Below are positions 42,331 to 56,100 of a DNA stretch of 64,000 nt, piece by piece. The notes under the pieces are model-generated. The model did not search any database, was not told the origin of the DNA, and was given only the letters and a program-made list of their open reading frames with translations. The stretch covers positions 63,488,001 to 63,552,000 of the forward strand of contig OZ024741.1 of the NCBI GenBank assembly GCA_964016885.1. The letters run 5' to 3'. Both the position numbers and the translations under genes were made by a program. Position 1 is the stretch's first letter. Every line of letters starts with the position of its first letter. This DNA comes from Eledone cirrhosa (Eukaryota).

Positions 42331-42424
42331 GAGTGGGAGAGTCGACAAAATCGTCTGCATGAACTGAAGTTAGAACGTAAATATCCAGAAGAGATATTAC
42401 CAGAAGAGATATTAACATCAATCA

Positions 42425-42632
42425 ATAATTTCTAATTTATGCACAAGGCCAAAGGTTTATTGTGAGGGACAATTCTATTACATTAAACTCAGTACGTGAC
42501 ATGTATTTTATTTTATTGATCTCGGAAAGATTAAACGCAACGTTGACCTCGGCTGGATCTGAACTCAGGACGTAAAGAGCCGAAACAAATACAACTACGC
42601 ATTTGTCCGACGCTCAAACGGCTCTGTCAATC
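42425..42632 (-). mobile_element. Diverged SINE family 1 copy; further partial copies at ~23110-23290, 24920-25055, 32850-33055, 33250-33430, 55740-55882, 57313-57445, 58720-58925 and 63739-63840
   Basis: Family motifs are recognisable: the GAGTTCA..TCC B box, CCGAGGTCAAC and GGCCTTGTGC. Confidence 0.75.
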
Positions 42633-44801
42633 TGTTGATTTGTCTCACATCCCTCAATAATATAGATTATTTTACATACGTACAAAACGAGAAATGTTTT
42701 TGAGGAACAGTAGACTATATTGATTGAAGTAGATAAATCGCCGAAAAATAAACAAAGTTGAAATCATAGCGTAAAGGGCAACAACTATTTCTTATAACGC
42801 TCTAATGATTTTGCTAATCCGCCTTTCTTCCGATTCTGCAGACACTAGATAATACCAAAGAAGGTTACAGGCTTTATTGAACGTAGTTTTGTATTTTGCA
42901 GTTCTCAATCGTAATGTTTAAATTCGCTATTTCTTTCGGTTATTGGATCGGTCGATTATACAAGACCTGCTAATATATCCAAGACCATTGAATATACTTT
43001 CTGGTGTTTTTCTTGGGATTGAGTCAACTAAATGTCAGACAGCTAAGCCATCATTATAATGTAATGTTTAAGATATAAATATATCCAGTACCACATGATC
43101 CTGGATACATATGTCTCTTTTCTTTTTACAGGATGTATGGTGTAATTTAATATTCATTTATTTGCCTTTGTCGCATCTTTGATAACGTTGTAGAGATCCT
43201 ATATTTAGCTAGTATAGATTTTCATTTCTCGTGTCTTTTCTAAAAAAAAAAATCAATATTCTCTTTTATGGGAAATAAGTGTTTAAAAAATTAAAATACG
43301 TTTGCTTGGAAGCAGAAGAACGTTTTATTATTACGAAAGCATTATTACATTTATAAATTTGTTTGAAGCGTTTAAAAAATTCATTTAAATCTATTTTTGC
43401 CATTTGTAAAGCAATATTCACGAACAGCATTGTATTGTGAATTATTCAATGGTACTTTTATATACTCTACTTGATTACTGAATTGTTTCAGAATTGTTCA
43501 TACTTTATCGAATATCCTGTTCACAACTTTACATCTTTTCTTCGACAAATTACTTCTATCTTACTTTTTAATTCCGTCTCAGAATTTGTTTTTTCCTGTG
43601 TTCATATACATGTGTATTCATGTGTGTGTGTATGTGTGAATCTGTTTGTTTGTAAGACGTGCATATGTACGTATGTATTCTGACTATTCCTTAGTAATAC
43701 ATTGCTTTATTAATCCGGTTGAATCATGTGCAGCATATTTTAGATAAAGGTACCAGTAGTCCTCGTTAGAACCATACCTGTGTTGAACATAACACTGCCC
43801 AAATATCGAAACACATTGCGCTTCCAGCATCTCAAAAATTAATGGTTCACTGGGCAATTTCAAAGGTAAATGTCTAGGTCGAAGATACTGCAGTTCTCTT
43901 AACGGGATGCGATCCATCGTTATGACTTATAGACTGATATTTGGTTGACTCAAATAGGAATAAGGTTTTATTAAGAGATTCATTAAACAAAAGTGTTACG
44001 TTCCAAACCAATGAGTTAGCAATTCCAAAAATCGAGAGTAGTAAAGTTTTAATGCAGGAGAGTATACCACGAACTATAAAGGGACTGAATATTTAAAGAG
44101 GTGTAATAAAATGGTTGGGGTTGTGTAAAAAAAGAGAAATTTGATAGAATTTATATAAAAGAAAATGTTAGCCTTCATAATCATAGAAATATCATCGTCA
44201 CCACACAGAGCTTCTAGAACTAAGAAGTATGTGTAAACTAACTTAAAAGTGAAGAAATTACAACGAATACTCTATTAAAACGAAAAGAAAAGAAGTGTTT
44301 CCTCTGAGCAGTGGTAGACTTAGTAAATTATGGATGTTATTTTTTCCTAGCTAAAGACATTAAGTTCTAACATTTTGTTTCCTTTTTGCTTATATAAAGT
44401 AAGGTGTAGATTAATATTGGTATAAAAAAATGCAGTTATCAATCATAGGATATGTTCAAATCGGATAAGATATCTTGTCAGATATCTTAAGAGTGTTAAA
44501 GCTAATGTGCTATTCAAGATTTTACTACCTTTCTGGGGGGGCGGAGGGGGGGGGGGATAAAAGTTTCCTACACCAATAACTACTAAAGTACGCCCAGAGA
44601 ATGTTTATATCTCAATATTTGTCAGATTCTCTTTCCATATATACATTGTGTGTTTTCGTATTTTCTCTCTCTTACCCTCACTACTTTTCCACTTATACAA
44701 ATAGACACACACATATATGTATGTGTATCTACTTACATATATATATATATATATACATACACACACATACACATATATACATACACACATAATATATATA
44801 T

Positions 44802-44833
<32 letters not shown>

Positions 44834-44863
44834 GCATACACACACATATGTATACATACACAG

Positions 44864-44898
<35 letters not shown>

Positions 44899-44901
<3 letters not shown>

Positions 44902-45510
44902 GCTGCCAACTCGTTTTCGAGTATGGCCACTACTTTATATCTATGTAGGAGAACCCCTACCAATGCGCTGAACGAGTGTGACTTTTTAGTCCAGCCAGCG
45001 ACTTGAACACTCTGGTACAAACACTACACTTGTGACAATTATTGACACATAGTGCTGGGCCCATGGTACCATGTGACGACAAGTGCAGAGAGATCTCCAG
45101 ATATAAAGCAATGCCTGTGCCGTGAAGCTTTTATAGTGAGCAAAGGCACTGCACAAAGCCAGTCCCACTCTCTTAACCAAGATGATATTTACCAAAAAGA
45201 AGAACAATTCAACATCATTGGATACCATCAGGGTTGCAGGTATTATATCAGAGTTTTCCTTCTCCTAGAATTCTGCCTTGACAAAGGCTAAGGGGGTCAT
45301 CTCTCCCGGTGATTTTGGATGGCTATTGACTCTTAAGAGCACCTTTGCTTTTTGACAGGTTTTGTTTTTAGTCCTGCAGGATGTCCAAAGCCACCCTCCT
45401 CACCAAGAAACCTTGGTGGGGTTGCCAGTTTAGTCGCCAACGCCCCGACCATGAGACAGGTTGTACTGGGATACATGTTACCAATAGCACCAACTGGTGA
45501 CCTGACACAC
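44899..45510 (-). mobile_element. Non-autonomous bipartite RTE-derived element (5' UTR joined to 3' end)
   Basis: The minus strand has the RTE 5'-UTR-like motif TCTAGGAGAAGGAAAACTCTGA, a C-terminal C2H2-like CSVCTRVFKSLAGLKSHTRSAH*, and a 3' hairpin GTGGCCATACTCGAAAACGAGTTGGCAGCCAC before (TA)n. Confidence 0.7.
45425..45488 (-). ncRNA. HDV-like ribozyme fold, probably degenerate
   Basis: Manual fold: P1 GCTATTGG/CTCATGGT (imperfect), P2 CCAGT/ACTGG, P3 ACA/TGT, a G-run for P1.1, a short P4 and J4/2 CTAA. L3 is only 3 nt. Confidence 0.55.
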
Positions 45511-45732
45511 ATATATATATATATACATGCATATATACATACAAATACATACGTACACAGATACATGTATATATATATATATACATATACACATACATAT
45601 ACATACACATATACATACATATATATATAATATATATATATAATATACATATATATATACATACATATACATATATATATATATATATAAACAGACACAT
45701 ACATATACATATATACATACACAGACATACAA

Positions 45733-45771
<39 letters not shown>

Positions 45772-45957
45772 CATACATATATATAGAGAGAGAGAGATGT
45801 GAGAAAAAGCACAGACCCCCCCATCTCAACTCTACTTTTGAAAAGCAGAAGAACTGCGAAACCGGTAAAGGAACCAAATAAATATATATATATTTTTTTA
45901 AATTAAGACTCCAGTTGCATTTTCGATTTCATCTTTTTTTCTTTATATATATATATA

Positions 45958-46292
45958 GTTTTAATATAGATGAGATTCTACAGGACTAGAACTGTTTCAT
46001 TCTTTAGAAATCATCAGGAACCTGGCTTTCTAAAAATAAATGTTGTGGTATTTATATCTCGATTCAGGTGGAAGGAGAGGGTGGGGAATGGGATGGGTAG
46101 AGGTCATTGGTTGAAAGATAAGGGAATTCATTAAAAGCTAATTCTTTAAAGCTATAATTTATATTTAGAGTGACAAATATTTTTATATATATATATATGT
46201 TTTTGTATGTGTATATGTGTATGTATGTATGTATATATATATATGTGTGTGTGTATGTGTGTATATGTATATATATATGTATATATATATGT

Positions 46293-46340
<48 letters not shown>

Positions 46341-46357
46341 ATGTATGTATATGTGTA

Positions 46358-46391
<34 letters not shown>

Positions 46392-46897
46392 CATATATAT
46401 GTATGTGTGTATGTATGTATATGTATCTATATATGTATATATATATCTATATGTATGTGTATATATATATATGTGTGTGTGTATATATTTATATATATGT
46501 GTGTGTATGTGTGTGTATGTATATATATATTATATATCTATCTATCTAAGGCGGGTAAAATTACCGAGATCCATGGACGAGTTCTCTCCAGCGGTCACTG
46601 TCCCTCATTATCGCTGCCATGTCCTGCATCTCCAACAGACCAGTGTCTGTCCTTAGGGCATCAACATACGTTAACCTTGGTCTTCCTCTTCTAGTGTGTC
46701 CATGTAGGGGCTCCCACAGGAGCACTGAGTGCAATGTCAACTCTGGATGTCGGTGAGCATGTCCAGCCAACCTCAGTCTCCTCTGTGTCATATATATATA
46801 TGTATGTATATGTGTATATATATATATATGCATATATTTGTATGTGTATATGTATATATGTATATGTATATGAATGTGTATGTGTATATATATATAT

Positions 46898-46967
<70 letters not shown>

Positions 46968-47046
46968 ATGTGTATGTATGTGTATATGTATATATATATA
47001 TATGCATGTATATGTATATATATGTGTATATATGTATATATATGTA

Positions 47047-47088
<42 letters not shown>

Positions 47089-47236
47089 TGTATGAGTATA
47101 TGTATATATGTATGTATATGTGTGTGTATGTGTATGTTTGTGTATATATGTGTATATGTATGTATATATATATATGTATATGTATGTATATATATTTGTG
47201 TGTGTATATGTATATATATATGTGTATATATGTGAG

Positions 47237-47305
<69 letters not shown>

Positions 47306-47855
47306 ACACCTGGAATATAGCTTAAGAGTAATTTGAAGATAATGATATGATAAGCACCCAATATTTTGAATTGTTTTATAAAAATCTCTTGGCCTTTGTC
47401 TCTCTAAGTAGAACTTTAAAGTATTTCCCTTTTCTTTAAATCCATCAACCATGACCGACCCCCAACGATCTTATAGACACCTGAAATATAGGCATTGTTA
47501 GCTTAAGAGAAACTTAAAAATAAAGAGTGTCACTCCATTCTGAACTTTATAGAATTCTTTCTAACTTTGTCACTCTAAATATAAATTATAGCTTTAAAGA
47601 ATTAGCTTTTAATGAATTCCCTTTTCTTTCAACCAATGACCTCTACCCATCCCATTTCCTACCCTCTCCTACCACCTGAAAAGATATATAAATACCACAA
47701 CATTTATTTTTGGAAAGCCAGATTCCTGATGATCTCTAAAGAATGAAACAGTTCTAGTCCTGTAGAATCTCATCTATATTAAAACTTTTATACTCTGCTA
47801 TGTATTGAGTACCTTACTTACTGTGGTTACCTCCGATTCAACGCGGAATAACGTA

Positions 47856-47857
<2 letters not shown>
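45958..47857. mobile_element. Family B tail-out pair (45958-46172 minus; 47305-47857 plus) with HHRs at ~45974-46023 (minus) and 47720-47770 (plus)
   Basis: The arms are reverse complements. The motif is AGATTC-CTGATGA-...-GAAA-CAG ttctagtc CTG-TA-GAATCT, and the spacer is mixed TA/TG microsatellite. Confidence 0.88.
46545..46790 (-). pseudogene. RTE-like LINE 3' fragment nested in microsatellite
   Basis: Translation reads [15 protein letters not shown]...[28 protein letters not shown]...[11 protein letters not shown]. Confidence 0.85.
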
Positions 47858-47930
<73 letters not shown>

Positions 47931-47932
<2 letters not shown>

Positions 47933-48178
47933 CGAAGGAGGTGTGGTAAGGAACCAGATGGACCATAACGCACCAGAGTACTAAATACTTAGGGTAGTAG
48001 AAGGGAAGATAGGAAAATGTTTGACCCCAACCGCAGAGCTCAAGCCGTTTCGACGGCTATTTCTTGAGCTCTGCCGTCGGGGTCTTGAAAATTTTCCTAT
48101 TATCCACTCTACTACCCTAAGTATTGAGTACTCTGGTGCATTATGGTCCACCTGATTCCTTACCACACTTCCTTCGTT
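47931..48178. mobile_element. Family A fold-back element with two long arms
   Basis: AACGAAGG...GACCCC is matched by GGGGTC...CCTTCGTT, and both ends lie in (TA)n. Confidence 0.9.
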
Positions 48179-48237
48179 ATATATATATATATATATATAT
48201 AGTATAAAATCACGAAAACTCAGTGATGCATCTGGAC

Positions 48238-49457
48238 TCAGTTTATTGCGTGTTACAATTGTTTTGCCGGCGGGTAGCACGTGACGTGATCACTGTATGG
48301 ATCTGGCTGATTCTACGGCTGCAGGTTCCTTCAGACACATGGAATTCTTTCGGAGCAAATTTACTCTCGGGGGTGTTACCATCAAAAAACATCTACCACT
48401 CTTGTCATGCCATTGGCTGTTGTTTTTCTATGTCATCATAAATTCTGGTCACTATTTACTGCTACACTGGTCATCAGCCATTTTCCGTCCGACACACTTC
48501 AATGGAGCCATGCTGGGTTAGGTATCTCACACGTCTGTTCACACTCCCGAGTATGTACCCACATATACACACACAGACAGGCGCAGGCACACACACATAA
48601 TTGCATACACATATGTACGCACACATGTGTAGACATATATACCCCCATGCACATATATACACACACACACTCTCCCTTTCTTACACATACCCAAGCACAC
48701 CCACACCCACACACACACCACCACATTCCTATTGACGCCTGCCTAAACAGCCCCTTACATCCGGTCTCACACGCGCGCACACACGCGCAGACACACACGT
48801 ACACGCATACAAAGACAAATATTGGCGTTCGGGCACATCTACACATATACACAAACACTCTCAGACACATACATAGATACACACACGCACATACACGAAT
48901 ATCCTTATGGATAGGCACCAAGTACAGACACACTTCCAAAGACACAAACACACACATACACACACCTGTACATATATCTACACACAAGTACATGTACCCG
49001 CATATAAACACATACACAAACCCTGTCCTATGTGGGTGTACGAACGCACCCCCACACAACACACCCACTGACATATACACACACCATGTATATATATGTG
49101 TGTGTACATAGACACACACACATACACACGCATGGAGACACACACACGTACACATATACATATATGTATACACACACACATATATATATACATGTATATA
49201 CACACATACACATACATACTTATACACACATATGTCTATATGTGTACACACACGCACAAACACACATATGTCTATATGTGTACACACACACACAAACACA
49301 CATATACACACACATATACCTACGCATATCCTTATATACACACATATATATATATATATACACATACACATACATACAATATACACATACATACACATAA
49401 ATACATACACACACACATACACACACATATATATAACTCTACATGCATACACATACC

Positions 49458-49497
<40 letters not shown>

Positions 49498-50012
49498 TAT
49501 ATACGCACACGGACACCCACATGCACATATGCATATGTGCTTACACAGATACATATATAAACAAAACCGTAAAATAAATATACAATATACACGTCTACAC
49601 ATGTGTGCGTACATATGTGTATGCAATTATGTATGTGTGCCTGCGCCTGTCTATGTGTGTGTGTGTATATGTGGGTACATAATCGGGAGTGTGAAGAGAC
49701 GTGTGAAATACCAAACCCAGCATGGCTCCATTGAAGTGTGTCGGACGGAAAATGGCTGATGACCAGTGTTGCAGTAAATAGTGAGTGACCAGAATTTATG
49801 ATGACGTAGAAAAACAACAGCCAATGGCATGACAAGAGTGGAAGATGTGTTTTGAAGGTATTTTTTGATGATAACACCCCAGTGACAAAATTTGCTCCTA
49901 AAGAATTGCATGTGTCCGAAGGAACCTCTAGCCGTAGAATCAGCCAGATCCCATAGTGTGATCATGTCTCGAGCTACCTGCCGGCGAAACAATTGTAACA
50001 CGCAATCACTGA
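48238..50012. mobile_element. Tail-out inverted repeat (~390-bp arms) with variant HHRs (48250-48338 minus; 49912-50001 plus) and a CA/TA spacer
   Basis: The arms are ~48238-48630 and ~49592-50012. The motif is GTGT-C(T/C)GAAGG-[long]-(G/A)AAA-C aatt G-TA-ACAC. Confidence 0.8.
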
Positions 50013-50108
50013 TTTTTGTGTTTTTTATACTATTCACACTCTGCTCTGTAAGAATATTGAGTGGTAATTTTGGCATACCGCTTATGGAACCACCATAGCT
50101 ACCATTAT

Positions 50109-50152
<44 letters not shown>

Positions 50153-50223
50153 GTAAACATTGATGCAATTCAATTCAAGCACTCAACGTAATTTTCCCAC
50201 ATAGGGGTGACGGAGTATATATT

Positions 50224-51809
50224 GAATAAGAAAAAGCGAAGTAGTTTCATGTTAAAGGCTTTTAATGATAATGCTGTGATACATATTTCAATGACGACTG
50301 TGGCCACACGGTTCGGTGCGCTCAGTGCCGTGACATCATCAGACAGCTTGTTTCATAATAAGGTTACGTTTCCGAGGCAATCCAAGATGAATCGACATGG
50401 GAACGGAGAAAGCGTGTGCTCTTGAATTCTTCGCCCGTTCCCTTGTGAGTCCCAATTCACCCCCACCGGTCTGCGCAAGCGCAAGTCCGAAGGAAGTTGA
50501 GCATCAACTACCCCAAAGTTCTACGAAACTCGCCTAGGCAGGTCCCCCTCTCAACCAAACAATCACCCCATCCAGGTCTGTAATATGACACGGTTATAGT
50601 TTACTGCTAGCCACCCTGCCAGTGGCATTTGGCCGAAAGCCAGTGGGGTGGGAAAGTATGAGTTTCAATAGTTCTCAATGCTACCCCTAAATTAAGCATG
50701 GACAATAGGATTGACCATCACCCGCTAAGAGAATATATACTTATTTCTAGGTATTATGGTTTCAATGTGGAAATTATGATTGCGAATTAGAAATTAAAAC
50801 TAAAAATTAAAATCTTGATTGAAGTAAGTAAAAAAATGTATGTACATATAATAACTAATACAAAGGAAGATGTTTAAATTATAGTAAGAAGGATCAATAT
50901 TACAGATATATTATCCATATATTGAACGATAGTACCGTACAGTAGAACGGAGGGTAAATTACAGTATGAAACATAGTAGTTAGGCAAATACATAGTTAAT
51001 ATCTCTATCACATGAATCAAAACAAAAAATACAAAATATAAAATATACAAAAAATACTAAAAATACATAGATGCAAAATGGGATAAAATGAGATAGGAGA
51101 TATATATGAGAAACATATACGAGAAAGGTAAACTGTATGGAAATGAGGGTATAAGTGGTTAAGATGATTGTCAATTTACTTACTTCAATCAAGATTTTAA
51201 CTTGTAATTTTTTTAATTTTTAATTTTTAGTTTTAATTTCTAATTCGCAATCATAATTTCCACAGTGAAACCATAATACCTAGAAATAAGTATATATTCT
51301 CTTAGCGGGTGATGGTCAATCCTACTGTCCATGCTTAATTTAGGGGTAGTATTGAGAACTATTGAAACTCTTACTCTCCCACCCCCACTGGCTTTCGGCC
51401 AAATGCCACTGGCAGGGTGGCTAGCAGTAAACTATAACCATGTTATATTACAGACCTGGATGGGGTGATTGTTTGGTTGAGAGGGGGACCTGCCTAGGCG
51501 AGTTTCGTAGAACTTTGAGGTAGTTGATGGTCAACTTCCTTCGGACTTGCGCCTGCGCAGATCGGTGGGGGTGAATTGGGACTCACAAGAGAACGGGCGA
51601 AGAATTCAAGAGCACACGCTTTGTCCGTTCCCATGTCGAGTCAACTTGGATTGCCTCGGAAACATAACCTTATTATGTAAGGAGCTGTCTGATGATGTCA
51701 CGGCATTGGGCGCACCAAACGGTGTGGTCACTGTCGTCATTGAAATATGAATCACAGCATTATCATTAAAGGACTTTAACATCTGAAACTACTTCGCTTT
51801 TTCTTATTC
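50224..51809. mobile_element. Tail-out inverted repeat (~610-bp arms) with hammerheads (50273-50347 minus; 51684-51758 plus)
   Basis: 50224-50833 matches 51174-51809 in reverse. The motif is GCTGT-CTGATGA-TG..ACGGC...GTCGTCAtt-GAAA-TAtg(T/A)A-TC-ACAGC. Confidence 0.9.
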
Positions 51810-51986
51810 TATATATATATATATATTTAAATAATTTTGAAAACCAAACAATGCATTAGAAAGAAAATTAAATCGCCAATATAACAAAAGAATGGGTTTA
51901 AAAACCCATTATCAAGGAGAGACTTAAAGGATCGCTCGAAATTGACTTGTTTAGAAAGCAGATTTAAGGTAAGCGATTTACTGGTT

Positions 51987-52063
<77 letters not shown>

Positions 52064-52074
52064 GTATATATATA

Positions 52075-52260
52075 AGAAAGTGGTAAGATACTAGGTGGAC
52101 CATAACGCACCAGAGTACTCAATACTTAGGGTAGTAGAGTGGGTAATAGGAAAAGAGCTGGACCCTGACTGCGGCCACTTCGACAGTGAGATCGGAACTC
52201 GACAGCTAGGTCCGAGGTCGAAAAGGCAGGAGCTCAGCGTCTGGGTCCTGACTATTTTTC

Positions 52261-52262
<2 letters not shown>
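52075..52262. mobile_element. Family A element, diverged fold-back
   Basis: Carries the family A body and pairs GGACCC with GGGTCC. It is TA-bounded. Confidence 0.8.
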
Positions 52263-52334
<72 letters not shown>

Positions 52335-52854
52335 GTTTGTGTCTTTGTGTGTCTTTCTGTGTCTTTGTGTGTGTGTATGTGTAACGATACTAGCAGAAAT
52401 ACCCGGCGTATCAAATATTGTTCAATGATGACTGACTGCATGAACCTTCAGTTATTTTGCGGAAACAACACTCAAAAACTAACCGAAATGAATATGCCTA
52501 AAAAAAAAAATTGGAAAGTTTCAAAACTGTTATTTTTAGTAATATTTCCATAAATCAAATGAAGAACCCAAAATTTAATGAGGGTTTGATATACACACGG
52601 AGCTATATACGAAGCTGTGGCATATGTACACACGAAGCATTGGGTGCCTTTGAATTGGAGTCGTCCCAATGCAAATATGACTACAATAATAGGCGATCAC
52701 TGTATACAGTAGTTAACTAAATCAGCTCAAACACCCCTGGAGACAGGGAAAAATAGACAGAAGCATGCCCGATGATTAGAACTTGGCATGTCTCGGATGC
52801 CGTGTGCGTGCGGTAACCATTAAAAAGGTGCTAGCTACTAAATAAGCATATATA

Positions 52855-53110
52855 TCTTTATATATATATATAATAGCTTGTCTGTTTGTCTCCCATGCAC
52901 TTAAAAACCAGTAGACCAATCCTATTCAACTTGGTATATGAGTTCCTTAGGCTCAGGAATAGGTTTTCCTCTCAGTTGAACTTATATTCATTTCTCCATA
53001 TGTTTGTTTGTCTATTTGTCAACTATCATATATAGATAGTGTTGTGTGCATTACTAAAATATATATATGAAATATACGACAGAGAACAAACATAACTTTC
53101 CTCGTTAGCC
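52855..53110 (+). mobile_element. Possible non-autonomous Helitron-like element
   Basis: A TC/TATATA start followed by GTCTGTTTGTC...AAAACCAGTAGACCAATC...AACTTGG resembles common Helitron-N 5' motifs. The 3' end is unclear. Confidence 0.4.
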
Positions 53111-56100
53111 GTCAAATTGGAATGGACATTTTATAGTTTCATCTTGATTACTGACAGTATCAACGGTTTGTCCCAGGAAGGCAGAAGATAGAGGTGAAAG
53201 TTTCCCCATCCCCTTGGGGGAATTATATAAGATAATAGAAAGCAACAGGGTAGACGTACTGAAAGAACACAGAGGAACGTGATAATACGCGGGTGAACAA
53301 AACTATAACAGATAACAGAATATATAATACAATAAAGCAACGAAAAGTGGAAAAATAGTTTACGACCGAGACAGAAACATGTACAATGCGTGCTGGAAAG
53401 TTACTCCAGGAAGAAATGTTGACTACTGTCGTCTGAAAATAAGTAAGGTGAGTGAAAACAACTAGAAGAAATTTCATAGTGAAAATATATTATTAATTGG
53501 AAGAAATGCTGTGCTTTACCGTAAAGTATTATTACAAAAAAATATCTATAGAACAGAACTGAGACTCGAACACATATGACAGTGAATAAACACAAAATTG
53601 TTTTCGCTCAGGTAAGTGTATTATTGTTAGAATGATTTCTAAACTATGCTAAGCTTTCATTACAGTTTTTTGTTATTTCATTATCGGTTTTGTAGGCTTT
53701 GTTTAAGAAAATACATTTCCTAGATTTAATATTACATCAAGACTTTCTCGTTGTGATGCATTCATAGAGAGTTATAAAGCGTTAATTATATACTTCTATT
53801 TAAAAGATTCCTACATTCAAAAGATGCATTACTAAACTAAATGATAGAATGAAAACAACGTATTTTATTATAATAAACTCTACAACAATGCGGAAATGAA
53901 TTCAACGCACGAATTCCATTTGACACAATATTCAGTTAAGAATGAAACCTGAAAACACACACAGAGACACACAAATTCTATTTCAGACTATACTGTTATT
54001 ATGGAATAGGTGAATACGTTTTTAAATTTGCCAAAAGACTCAACAAACGGAATTGACAATTTATTGCAAAAAGACACAAAATTTAAAATTTCTTCATTTA
54101 TAATAAACCACAAGAAAGAATAAACTACAGCTGACTAAAGTAATTTACAAATTTCTTTGGAGACTTATTACTTGAATCACTTGCACTAATCACTCTCAGT
54201 TCCTGTGACATCATACTTATCAGTTTCCTTATATAACTATTCATTGAAATATACATTATTAGACACAAGCTGACTTCGATAGCTTGCCCATACACTGTTG
54301 TGTACGCGTATTATCAAAATCTAATACAACAGGATGTCTTCTCTGTAATTGGGCGTTATGAATTCAATAATATACAATTATAACAACTATGAATTTAATA
54401 TATAGTGATTACAAAATTACCCATGCATGCGTTACAAAAATGTATTGTAATGCATAATACACGAAATATAACTATATAGAAAAATATTAGTTTTTAATAC
54501 AAAACAATGTATAGAAAATACCTCAAACATTGGTCATAGCAACTATATTAACAGCAAGCTCTAGCACAATATCTTATATTCAGTGCACCGTAGCAAAAGA
54601 CTAGACACCATATCCCAAGTATTTCCTGATTGCTAAAAGAAACCTGACATCAGGGATCGGAATGAATTTATGCTCTGGCAATCACAACGGAGAAACAGAT
54701 ATAACTACCACACCATGTCGGCAATAAAACGTCAATATCAACCGATACTAAATTCCTTTCATCCAAAAGTGTAGATACTGAGAAATGTATTACTAAGTAC
54801 GAATATGAAAAGTTATCAATCAAATACTTTCCAAGAAAAGAACATTGAGTTTGTGAGTTGTGTATCCATGTGTGTGTGTGTGTGTGTGTATGTATGCATG
54901 CATGTGTGTGTATGTGTGTGGGGGTGTGTGCGTGTGTGTTTGTGTGTATGATTCTATGTCCGTGTGTTTGCAATTTTCTTGCAATTGGTGTCGTCTTCTA
55001 TTCATAAACATCTTATTTTCTTTCATTAGTTTTATGATAATTGTATTCCTGTATATAACTGGCCGTTTTGTCAATGCTTCTCACCATCTCCCACCCTGTA
55101 ACTCTTTCTGTCTATTGACCTATCTAGTTATCTCTCATTTTCTGTCTCCAGGTAAGTGATCAATTTTATTTTTATGTTTACCACATCTTGCATTTGCAAC
55201 ACATGTTTTAGCTTTAAGTTGTTATATGACTATTTCGTTCAACTGTGTGTGGAAGATATGTTTTACAGAAGCATATTTGCAGTCGGTTCTATTTATAAAA
55301 ATCTATTCACATATAAGCGAATGTGTCAATTCTAAATACCCTGAAGCAAGCATGTATATATTAACCCTAAAACATCTAGCAAAACGTTTGTCCATATTCA
55401 CCGAATTTGTAAATCAATTTGGTATGACAAAACAATATTATATGTAGGTTATTCATATAATAGCGATTTCTCTTTTCCTATATTCTGGAAAACAAATAGG
55501 TTGGCAATTTTATGCTACATCTACTTGATGGTATTTGTTATAAGTTTGAAATATACAAGTATTCATCTAATATTTGCATGCATAACTCTTAAAGGATTCG
55601 TGGAGTCGCTATATTGAAATACGACATTTCTAGGGCATTTTTAAACCTGGCGGAGCCCATCCCTCTCCAGGTCTGAATACAGCAGATTTCTTCCAGAGAA
55701 GGGTAGATAGTAAAAGAGAGGAAGTGAGAAAGAGATATGGGGGAAGAATCGACCCAGTGCTAGACTGGTACTTTTTTTTATCGAACTCGAAAGAATGGAA
55801 AGCAAAGTTCACCTCGGCAGGATTTGAACTGAGAGAGCAGATAGTCAAAACGAATACCGCAATGCATTCTAGCAGCCGTTCTAACGACTTTGTCAATTCG
55901 CCGTCTTACTCTTCTAACAAATGCTAAAGAATACATCGACTTTAAATGATTCTACATTAAAAGGAAACCATGGCTATTCCTTACTGCTCAATATAGTTAT
56001 TTGTTTTTTTTAAATAATATACAATGTATCACCTATTCCATCTAGGAGAAGTCATAAATCTGCACAATTCTTTGTGGTAGCTTGTAGACATCCGTATCGT

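Noticed and set aside
41876-42421. 181-aa minus-strand ORF with a signal-peptide-like start
   Set aside because: It is antisense to a degenerate R4/Dong LINE endonuclease region (LWDF...IDI..P.D...Y.DL on the plus strand).
43684-43917. 77-aa non-repetitive minus-strand ORF
   Set aside because: No recognisable domain or convincing splice signals, and the length is compatible with chance.
49753-49825. Possible SECIS element (ATGA...AAA...TGAT), as in selenoprotein-encoding Naiad PLEs
   Set aside because: The intervening stem does not base-pair, and no in-frame TGA was noticed at Cys positions in the PLE ORFs examined.
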